A stretch of DNA of 64,000 nucleotides from Minisyncoccota bacterium (GTDB lineage: Bacteria; Patescibacteriota; Minisyncoccia; Phycocordibacterales; UBA2100): contig JAYWCB010000012.1 of NCBI GenBank assembly GCA_043780835.1, forward strand, positions 21,998 to 85,997. Direction: 5' to 3'. Under the pieces are notes generated by a model. It saw nothing but the letters and a program-made list of their open reading frames with translations, ran no database searches and had not been told where the DNA came from. How positions within the stretch are numbered: the first letter of the stretch is position 1; each line of letters begins with the position of its first letter. Below are positions 49,691 through 57,803 of the stretch, piece by piece. Position numbers and translations under genes: made by a program.

Positions 49691-50302
49691 TTACGGCTCA
49701 AGAGGGCTGGCTTTCAATCTCAGCGCCAACTGAACACAGTTTCGAGCCGTGAGTGCGGCCATGGTCGCAACTGCCTTATTTTTCCGACGACGCTCGGCTT
49801 CAGTTTTTGTGTCTTCTCCCACTTCGCCTACCCAATAGGTGCAGCATTGTGGCGGCAACGTGAAATTCATAAAGCTGAGCACTTCCATAATTGATGCCAT
49901 GGTCGCTTGTGCACCGTCCTCGCTACCAGTTATCACGATACCGGCGACTTTATTTAAAAGCGCACTGCGTCCGTTTGCGTGGTACTCCTCATCCAATGCA
50001 TCCATACGCTCAATCACCCGCTGCATCAAACTGGAGCGACCGCCCCACCACACAGGTGTCGCAAATAAAACAATGTCGGCTATTTTTAATTGATCTACGA
50101 TTGCCGGCCATTCGTCATCTTCGCTCTCACGATATCCCAAGCCAACCGGAATGCGTTTATCCGACAGCCGCACAATATCGTGCGAGATGTCGGCGTGTTT
50201 TTTCATTTCGTCGATCACCATCAGTGCAACCTCTTCCGTGTTCGAAGGACTGTCACCGTGTTTTAACGATGCGTTTAATACCAGTACCCGTAAAGATTCC
50301 AT
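49691..50302 (-). CDS. Flavodoxin-like fold NAD(P)H-dependent oxidoreductase (FMN reductase family)
   Basis: VLVLNASLKHG...VLFATPVWWGG are typical NADPH-dependent FMN reductase blocks. Confidence 0.65.
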   Translation of the reverse strand: MESLRVLVLNASLKHGDSPSNTEEVALMVIDEMKKHADISHDIVRLSDKRIPVGLGYRESEDDEWPAIVDQLKIADIVLFATPVWWGGRSSLMQRVIERMDALDEEYHANGRSALLNKVAGIVITGSEDGAQATMASIMEVLSFMNFTLPPQCCTYWVGEVGEDTKTEAERRRKNKAVATMAALTARNCVQLALRLKASPLEP

Positions 50303-50310
50303 ACGGAAAA

Positions 50311-51045
50311 TTATACACCTCGAACGCCGAACATATTACCGATCATATAGGTCACGAGCATTGCTAATCCTCCACCTAAAACCATTCTCAGCGTCACAAT
50401 GCTGACACGCGCACCGCTCGCCCGCGCACTGAGTACTCCGGTCACTATCAGTGCAAAAATGACCGCAATAAACGTAACCGCTACTTTTGACGACGCAGGA
50501 GGCACTAAAATTGCAATAAGCGGAATGATCGCACCGACCGTAAACGATGCGGCGGATGCAAATGCCGCTTGCCATGGACTCGTCAGATCATCCGCATCAA
50601 TGTGCAATTCTGCTTCTACGTGCGCAGCAAATGCGTCGTGTGCAGTGAGTTCCCGTGCAACCATCTCTGCAGTACTCCTCTGCAATCCTTTGTTTTCAAA
50701 TATGGTTGTGAGTTCTTCTAATTCTTCTTCCGGGAAGTTCTCAAGTTCGTATTTCTCTTTCGCAAGAAGCGCGTTTTCGGAATCGCGCTGACTGCTTACT
50801 GATACGAATTCTCCGACCGCCATGGAAAGAGAACCCGCCATAAGCCCGGCAATGCCCGCAATGAAAATCGCATGCGAAGATGACGTCGCGCCCGCTACCC
50901 CAACGACGAGCGCCGCGACCGACACAATTCCGTCGTTTGCACCAAGTACTGCGGCACGTAGCCAATTTGAGTGAGAAAGCGAATCATCGTCGTGCGGTTC
51001 GCTATGAGCGGTTTCTGCAATGTTCATATCGCGCCAGTGTATCAC
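50311..51045 (-). CDS. VIT1/CCC1 family iron/manganese transporter
   Basis: AAVLGANDGIVSVAALVVG and SMAVGEFVSVSSQ hallmarks. Confidence 0.85.
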   Translation of the reverse strand: MIHWRDMNIAETAHSEPHDDDSLSHSNWLRAAVLGANDGIVSVAALVVGVAGATSSSHAIFIAGIAGLMAGSLSMAVGEFVSVSSQRDSENALLAKEKYELENFPEEELEELTTIFENKGLQRSTAEMVARELTAHDAFAAHVEAELHIDADDLTSPWQAAFASAASFTVGAIIPLIAILVPPASSKVAVTFIAVIFALIVTGVLSARASGARVSIVTLRMVLGGGLAMLVTYMIGNMFGVRGV

Positions 51046-51779
51046 CGAGACCTGAGCGTTTTACTAAATGACGATCCCACGGTCATACCGATAGCGGTGC
51101 CGATAAATGCACCCGCAATGAATTCTGAAAACCAGTGGATTGAGAGTGAGACGCCGATCCCAATATAAAACGCGTACAGTACTGAATAAAACAAAATGTG
51201 TTTATTTTTCGGAAAGAGTGCAACAAGCGCAAATGCCATTGCAAACGCAATGGTGGTATGAGATGACGGCCATCCCCAGAATATACCGTGATGCAAAAAC
51301 CCAAACTGAAATCCATGACTGGAATCGGCCATCAAGTCGTGCAAGTTTGGCGGCAAACGACCGGTAAATGCTTTCAACATTGACGAAACGATTGAACCGA
51401 TGAGTGCGGCCTGGCCCATTGCCCAACCGGTTGTCTCAACCTTAATGCGATTAAAGAGCTTTCCGACAACAATAAGAAATAACGGCAGCGACACCGGGAT
51501 AAATGCACCGATGATAACTGCCGGAAAAAACATTTTATTCAAATCCGGATCGCGCACCGCAAGCAGGTATTGCCAATCCAAGCCGGACGTGACGATTATG
51601 TAGGTCGATCCGAATGCCGCAACCAATACCAATACTTTCCACCCGGTAAACGAGGAGATTACATTACGCGGGAGGGTGCGCACAAAATAGCGAAACATGA
51701 CAACAGTATAAATTAGAAAATGCCCACGAAACGAGGAGATCCAATTTTGCGTGTATATGAACGATACATTAAGCCTCAT
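51042..51779 (-). CDS. PAP2 superfamily phosphatase (membrane). The ORF extends to 51908; the likely start is 51779 (MRLNVSF)
   Basis: KAFTGRLPP, PSSHT and SLSIHWFSEFIAG correspond to PAP2 motifs 1-3. Confidence 0.7.
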   Translation of the reverse strand: MRLNVSFIYTQNWISSFRGHFLIYTVVMFRYFVRTLPRNVISSFTGWKVLVLVAAFGSTYIIVTSGLDWQYLLAVRDPDLNKMFFPAVIIGAFIPVSLPLFLIVVGKLFNRIKVETTGWAMGQAALIGSIVSSMLKAFTGRLPPNLHDLMADSSHGFQFGFLHHGIFWGWPSSHTTIAFAMAFALVALFPKNKHILFYSVLYAFYIGIGVSLSIHWFSEFIAGAFIGTAIGMTVGSSFSKTLRSR

Positions 51780-51817
51780 TTTGTCAAAAAGACAAAAGTG
51801 ATAGGATTCTACGTTAC

Positions 51818-53824
51818 ATGTCCGGGGAGTACGAACCAGCCGCTCATGAGCGAAAAACAGCCACACACGGGCTGATTCTTTTTCTTGTGTACGCTGCGGT
51901 ACAGGCAATTACAGCACGTATCCTCCCTGAATCTCTGTCGGTAACTCCCGCCCTGTCTGTCGCCATCGCAGCGTTGTATTTCGGAGGCCTCCGATTGTGG
52001 TACGTACTTGCTCTTACGGCACTTGCAACAGAGGCCATCGTACACGGTATTTCGGTACACGGCGCGTTTGTTGCAATTGCGGCAACGCTCAGCGGATGTG
52101 TCGGCGCAATACTCCTGAAGTCGTGGCAGATCGATCCTATATTTCGCAGAAAAAGCGATGTATACATTTTGCTAGCAACCACTGCTATCACTGCACTTAT
52201 TGCCCCTGCAGCGCGCATACTCATGGAGCACCCTACGATTGACGCGTTACTTTTGTCCTACATCGGCGCACTCGTAACCTCTATTATTTTTGTATCGTTT
52301 TTATTGCGGTTCCTTATAAAACCAGGATTTCGCCGTACTGCACGTGAAAGTCTCGAGTTAGTTTCTGTGTTTGCGCTTTTGATGGTGTGCGGATATTTTG
52401 TAAGCCGTGGGCACGAACTCACCGTTCACGGCATAACAGTCGCCTATTTTATCTTTGTACCACTCATGTGGATCGCGCTGCGACTGCGTCCGCGCTTTGT
52501 CACGCTCGCCCTTGTGTATGTCTATGGCTGCATCATGACCGGTCTCATACAGAGCGGATATGCAGGTAACGCCGTGATCGTGCTGCACGAAGAAGCACAG
52601 CTCCTCTTACTCGCGGTCACGTTTCTATTTATTACTGCGCAGGAAGAAGACCGACGGGCGAGCCACAATACAACCATGTCGCACATGCAAACGCTGCAAA
52701 ACGCGGTCGTGCGGATTCAACAAGAATCAAAAGCGAAAGCAGATTTTATTGCAGTGCTCGCGCATGAATTGCGAAATCCACTCGCACCGATCGTCTCGAC
52801 AATCGAATATCTCAAGCTCGTCGGCGGCCGCAATGCCGAAGACGAAGAAGCCCTGAATGTGATCGACGATCGCGCAAAAACAATGCGAAGAATTCTAGAA
52901 GATTTGTTGGACGTATCTCGCATTGAGTCTGGAACGCCAGTTTTTGATCTTGAAACCATGGATCTTCGCACTGCCTTGCACGCATCAATTCTTACGACCG
53001 AACATTATCGCTCAGAGCGGCATCAGCATTTAATGACTGATATTTCCTCTCGTCCGTTATGGGTTTCCGGTGATCAGGTGCGTATAGAACAGATATTCAC
53101 CAACTTATTATCGAATGCATCAAAATATTCACATTCCGGTGATTCTATCTCGCTCCGCGCGCACGAAGTCTCTCGCTGCGCAGAAATTCAAATTCGGGAC
53201 AACGGCATCGGCATCGCGAGCGAATCCTTGCAGCGAATCTTCCTTCCCTTTGAACAGGTCCATGACCCCTCTCACAAAGCGACAGGACTTGGAATAGGTC
53301 TGACTCTGGTTAAAAATTTTGCAGAGATGCTCGGCGGAGGCATATCTGTTGAAAGCGAAGGACTCGGTCGCGGGAGCACCTTTACGATTCGTATTCCGCT
53401 TACGAATCCGCCTCACGAAACGACGCGACCCGCGACCGTCGAACAGGTATCAAAAAATCAATTGGCGGCTAGTCCCCTCGTGCTCATAGTGGATGATAAC
53501 GATGCAGCCGCGTCATCGCTCGGTCGATTGCTCGAAGCGATGCAGTATCGCGTTTTATATTCGCACGATGGTGAGAACGCGCTGCAATCGGCACGGCGAG
53601 AGAATCCATCGCTCATTCTCATGGATCTGAATCTTCCCGGTATAAGCGGGGCGGAGGTCGCGCGCACGCTCCGTGCGAGCGGATTTTCCAACCCGATTGC
53701 CGCACTTTCTGGATACGGAGAAAAAAACGCCGAACAAATGTACGGTGACATCAGCGTCTTCGACGCCTTTCTTGTAAAGCCCGTCGGCATGACTGAATTG
53801 AAAGCCTTTTTACCCAGATCCTGA
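51818..53824 (+). CDS. Hybrid sensor histidine kinase / response regulator with a polytopic N-terminal membrane domain
   Basis: H-box FIAVLAHELRNPLAPI, HATPase_c GLGIGLTLVKNFAEMLGGGISVESEGLGRGSTFTIRIP, C-terminal REC (LVLIVDDN...ILMDLNLPGISG...K). Confidence 0.85.
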   Translation: MSGEYEPAAHERKTATHGLILFLVYAAVQAITARILPESLSVTPALSVAIAALYFGGLRLWYVLALTALATEAIVHGISVHGAFVAIAATLSGCVGAILLKSWQIDPIFRRKSDVYILLATTAITALIAPAARILMEHPTIDALLLSYIGALVTSIIFVSFLLRFLIKPGFRRTARESLELVSVFALLMVCGYFVSRGHELTVHGITVAYFIFVPLMWIALRLRPRFVTLALVYVYGCIMTGLIQSGYAGNAVIVLHEEAQLLLLAVTFLFITAQEEDRRASHNTTMSHMQTLQNAVVRIQQESKAKADFIAVLAHELRNPLAPIVSTIEYLKLVGGRNAEDEEALNVIDDRAKTMRRILEDLLDVSRIESGTPVFDLETMDLRTALHASILTTEHYRSERHQHLMTDISSRPLWVSGDQVRIEQIFTNLLSNASKYSHSGDSISLRAHEVSRCAEIQIRDNGIGIASESLQRIFLPFEQVHDPSHKATGLGIGLTLVKNFAEMLGGGISVESEGLGRGSTFTIRIPLTNPPHETTRPATVEQVSKNQLAASPLVLIVDDNDAAASSLGRLLEAMQYRVLYSHDGENALQSARRENPSLILMDLNLPGISGAEVARTLRASGFSNPIAALSGYGEKNAEQMYGDISVFDAFLVKPVGMTELKAFLPRS

Positions 53825-53883
53825 CACCTTGCGTTTAGAGCATTTGTACGTATAAATGGTCGAGTTCAATCAGGAGACCTCCA

Positions 53884-54498
53884 ATGGTGACTTCATATTT
53901 AATGCCTCCTTTACACGTGATGAGTGAAGGAGAGATATCAGCCCTACTCACAAAGGGAGGGATCAGCATCGACAGCTTCAAATCCTCTGCAAAAAGTTTT
54001 GACGAATTCCTCACTGAAGTGAGGGACAAAGAAGTAAAACTGTATCTCGATCAACATGGTCGTGTCTGCCGCCTGGCAGAAACGGTGCGTATCGTCGCGA
54101 GGATTGCCTCCACTGGCGAATGTATCCGTGAGATTAAGCGAGTGTATCAAAACGGAAAGGTAGTGGTTCGTGGTCCGAGTGCGTTTCCAAGCGAAACGCG
54201 GATCCGTGGAGAACTGCTCACCAGTACCGCGATCCGCTGCTTGAGCGAAGAATTCGGCATTGTGATCACAGAAGAGCAAGTCATGTTGGATCCGATGATG
54301 CTGTTCGATACGCATAATTCATCGGTATTTCCTCCTGGGATTGTCACCGTTAACCTCATTACCGTGGCCAATGTGCTTCTACGCACCCGCCCGTGGGAAG
54401 AAGATCCGAAGGTCCTAAACGACAAAGGCGTCGAGCTCCATGTGACCTACACAGATCCGGCAAATCCGGCGCTCGAAAAACTCATTGAAGCTCTTTAG
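53884..54498 (+). CDS. Hypothetical protein (weak Nudix-box-like stretch RGELLTSTAIRCLSEEFGI)
   Basis: 204-aa ORF downstream of the hybrid kinase; motif resemblance only. Confidence 0.35.
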   Translation: MVTSYLMPPLHVMSEGEISALLTKGGISIDSFKSSAKSFDEFLTEVRDKEVKLYLDQHGRVCRLAETVRIVARIASTGECIREIKRVYQNGKVVVRGPSAFPSETRIRGELLTSTAIRCLSEEFGIVITEEQVMLDPMMLFDTHNSSVFPPGIVTVNLITVANVLLRTRPWEEDPKVLNDKGVELHVTYTDPANPALEKLIEAL

Positions 54499-54557
54499 CG
54501 GCATACCGACATTGGTTCGTACAGGTTCGTACATGCATACCACAACACATAGACGCC

Positions 54558-55160
54558 TTACGATAAGGCGTCTATTCTTTTAACCTCGCGAAGTGCGATC
54601 AGATCCTCGATTGAGGAGTACAGGCGCGCATCAATACCCTGCTCAGCGGCAACATCTACATTCGTTTGATCATCGTCAAGGAACGTAATGTCTTTGGGAT
54701 CGACGGCGAGCGTGCGGATAACCTGTTCAAAAAAAGCAGGTTCAGATTTTTTGCAGCCCAATTTATACGAGAAAAAACAACCGTCCAAACGATTGTTGAA
54801 ATCAAGTGTTTCAAGCATGTATTCCGCACGATAGCGCTCTTGATCGGACGCCAGATACACCTTCAGACCACTCCTGCGAAGCTCTTCAATCAAGGTGAAA
54901 ACTCGTTCGTCAGGGTGTGCATCGGAATTAAACCAATAACTGACAAATTGATCAGCCGTTTTGTTCCAGTTCCATTCAGGTAGATATTTCACGAGCGCGG
55001 CTTTCAAGTCTGCTTTACCCCGCTGTGCTTTGCGAAATTCGTTGTTGTAGAACGGTGCCATTTTCTCCATAGGTACATCGAACTCCTTCGCAATCTTTTC
55101 GCTAAAATAACCGCGTTTTTTGAGCGTCACACCGTCGGCATCGATCAAAAGAATTTTCAT
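54558..55160 (-). CDS. HAD superfamily hydrolase. The ORF extends to 55226; the start is 55160 (MKILLIDADGVTL)
   Basis: Motif I DADGV at the N-terminus; FLDDDQTNV is a motif IV-like block. Confidence 0.7.
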   Translation of the reverse strand: MKILLIDADGVTLKKRGYFSEKIAKEFDVPMEKMAPFYNNEFRKAQRGKADLKAALVKYLPEWNWNKTADQFVSYWFNSDAHPDERVFTLIEELRRSGLKVYLASDQERYRAEYMLETLDFNNRLDGCFFSYKLGCKKSEPAFFEQVIRTLAVDPKDITFLDDDQTNVDVAAEQGIDARLYSSIEDLIALREVKRIDALS

Positions 55161-55167
55161 AACGCGG

Positions 55168-56727
55168 CTACTTATTGAGCTCAGTGCGGGTATTCTTTGC
55201 AACGTACCCTGTAGAAGCAATGCCATGCTTCGTCTGATACTTTTTCACTGCCGCTTCCGTGCCTGCACCGAAGTAGCCAGTCGGTGCTGTGGTAAGAAAC
55301 CCAAGCGATGATAGTCGTTTCTGCAATTCCAATACGTCCGCATCGTCGTCGCCCACACCCATAAAGTGCTCGAACGTGTATGACGAGCCCGAGACCGTTG
55401 CGGTAGTTTGCGTTGAGGTAGTGATTGTTTGCGCATCGGCAAGAGAATTTAATTCAAGACGTGTGCCTGCGCCCACTGCCCCGAGTTGATCGAGTTTATG
55501 TGCAGCCTGGAAGCGCTTCACCGCTGCGACGGTCGAGGGTCCAAAAAATCCGTTCGGGTGGACTTTCAAATAACCAAGTTTTGTGAGCACTTTCTGCAGT
55601 TCCATGACTTCGTCATTTTCCATCCCCTGCTTGAGATACATCGAGAAGATATAGCTACTGCCGCTCGATGTTGTCATCACTGTTTTAGACGTTGATACAG
55701 ACTGCGACTGTAACAGTGAAAGCTGCTTTTGGAGATCGCCGAGCCCGGCACTTTTTGTATTTGTGGGTACGATGGTAGTCGCGGTGGTCGTGGGCGTTGC
55801 CAATACTACCCCGTTTGGCCCGAGCACGTTGATCGTCACAGACGTACTTGCAGTTTGCCCATACACCCCGACCTGCCCCATCAATGTAACGACGTGCGCA
55901 CCGGCATCCCCGGCGGCAGGAATCCAGGTGAGCAATCCTGATGTATTGATATTGCTGTTGTTCAATGTAGATCCGGTAAATTTGTCACGAACAGAAAAGC
56001 CGTTCGGCGAATAACCGGCAGGAGTAAGCGTAAAGGTAAGAACTTGTCCGGGAGAAACATTCAAATTCACATTTGACGGAACCGTGAGTGTAGGTCCTGC
56101 TCCCACGCGCACGAGCTGTGTGGCGGATGCATTATGACCGGATGCGTCCGTCGCATAAATCGTAATTGCATGTTCACCATTTTGTGTCGCATCCGGTGTC
56201 CAGGAGAAATTTCCCGATGAGTTGATCGAGGTATTGCCGACGGTGGAGCCGCTAAATGAATCGCTCGCCACAAACGTAGGATTTACGAAACCGGGAGCGG
56301 AAATGTTAAATGTAAATGGTGCACCCGGCATCATCGTTGTGCCGGGAGAAACTGATTGAATACTGATCGACGGCGGCGGTAATACGGTTATCGACTGCGT
56401 CGCCGTAGAAAGATTGCCGTCGCTATCAGTTACTTTGACGGTAATTGTGTGCGTTCCGATATCGGACACAATCGGTACCCATTGGAAATTCCCGCCGAAG
56501 TTTATATTCGTGGAATTAATGGTCGAGTTCGGAAACGTATCAGTGACACTGTAATACGGCGAATTGAAACCAGCGACGGCTACCGAAAAAGTAACGTTGG
56601 TTTTCGCAAGCGGTGAGACAGCCGATAGATTTTGGATGGTAGCGGTTGCGGCGGAGGCAAACGCAGTCGGAACGAATAATGCGGCGAGCGCAAGTGATCC
56701 CAGAAGAGACCGTTTGAGAATTGTCAT
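55168..56727 (-). CDS. Secreted protein with tandem Ig-like (putative Ig/PKD-type) repeats and two C-terminal peptidoglycan-binding (PG_binding_1) domains
   Basis: Signal peptide; repeated N..F.W.P...G.H.ITV.VTDSDGN units; C-terminal LQKVLTKLGYL...GFFGPSTVAAVKRFQ occurs twice. Confidence 0.65.
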   Translation of the reverse strand: MTILKRSLLGSLALAALFVPTAFASAATATIQNLSAVSPLAKTNVTFSVAVAGFNSPYYSVTDTFPNSTINSTNINFGGNFQWVPIVSDIGTHTITVKVTDSDGNLSTATQSITVLPPPSISIQSVSPGTTMMPGAPFTFNISAPGFVNPTFVASDSFSGSTVGNTSINSSGNFSWTPDATQNGEHAITIYATDASGHNASATQLVRVGAGPTLTVPSNVNLNVSPGQVLTFTLTPAGYSPNGFSVRDKFTGSTLNNSNINTSGLLTWIPAAGDAGAHVVTLMGQVGVYGQTASTSVTINVLGPNGVVLATPTTTATTIVPTNTKSAGLGDLQKQLSLLQSQSVSTSKTVMTTSSGSSYIFSMYLKQGMENDEVMELQKVLTKLGYLKVHPNGFFGPSTVAAVKRFQAAHKLDQLGAVGAGTRLELNSLADAQTITTSTQTTATVSGSSYTFEHFMGVGDDDADVLELQKRLSSLGFLTTAPTGYFGAGTEAAVKKYQTKHGIASTGYVAKNTRTELNK

Positions 56728-57107
56728 TGACGGATTATATATCTAAATCAGCGTACGTACATTCATTGTTGAGATTGAATCTTCATTCGGCACTGCGTCG
56801 AAATAATCCACACACCTCCGTGACTTGTTATAGCAGCACAAAGGCATATCCTTTGCATGGGATACATGCAGCGGGAGAGTTCGATGATTTCTAAGAAACA
56901 GAAGGAACCGACCAGTAGCTATCCAAAGTGTAAGTGCGGATGCAACGTACAGACGACGTCGTTCACACCCGTCGTGGGGTATCCGCATTTCCCTGAACCG
57001 GGAGAGCATGTGGCAACAGATCACTGCGCAATGGAGCTGCGCGCACATCCAGGAAAATACAAAACACTGGTGAAGTGGAGAGATGAGGCGCTCAGCAGAA
57101 AAACGAA

Positions 57108-57135
57108 AAGGCCGCGAATCTTCGCGGCCTTTTGT
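57108..57135. terminator. Strong GC hairpin flanked by an A-run and a T-run (bidirectional terminator-like)
   Basis: AAAAGGCCGCGAATCTTCGCGGCCTTTTG: 8-bp stem. Confidence 0.55.
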
Positions 57136-57407
57136 CATGTATTACGGGATCACACGGCCCTGATGCTTTGAAGCGGACTTTATATCAATCCATATGAATG
57201 CAGAATTGAGACAGAGGTGCCTGCCGAAGAACTTTGGCGCTGCATCTTCGCGTCTAATTGATTCGCGAGTGAGTCAATAATATTACGACCGAGTCCTTCT
57301 CGAATCACTTTCGCCGTAGCGACGATTTCAATGCCGTTGTCCGCAATAATCAAGGTCCAGTTACGGAACATAATGTATAGTTTACGAAAATTCGTACTGC
57401 GTTTATT

Positions 57408-57803
57408 TTACATCGTTACGTTCGATGGCTGTACGAATTTTGCCGTAATGCGCCATAAATCGGCGAGTTCGAATGGTTTCGACAAATAATCATCCGCCCC
57501 TGCTTCTTTGGCAAGCTCATCGGCGTTGGGATAGGCCGTGAGGATGATAATCGGTATATGACCCGTGAGATCGCTTCCCTTCAATTCTTTGGACACGTCG
57601 CGCCCATCAATACCCACGAGAGATATATCCAAAAACATTAAATCCGGCGCAATCGCGTGTACCTCCTGTATACCCGGGTATGTTTCCGAAACCATCACCT
57701 CGTATCCTTTTAACTGGAGCGATTGTTTGAGTGCAAATAGTATTCCGACATTGTCATCGATAACGAGAATTTTGCGACCGTTCGTCGGTTCAGGCGTGAG
57801 CAT
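57408..57803 (-). CDS. Single-domain response regulator (REC only, CheY-like). The ORF extends to 57878; the start is 57803 (MLTPEPTNGRKILVIDD)
   Basis: Acidic pocket IDDN, phospho-acceptor FLDISL, conserved T and K (ILTAY...SKP). Confidence 0.8.
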   Translation of the reverse strand: MLTPEPTNGRKILVIDDNVGILFALKQSLQLKGYEVMVSETYPGIQEVHAIAPDLMFLDISLVGIDGRDVSKELKGSDLTGHIPIIILTAYPNADELAKEAGADDYLSKPFELADLWRITAKFVQPSNVTM

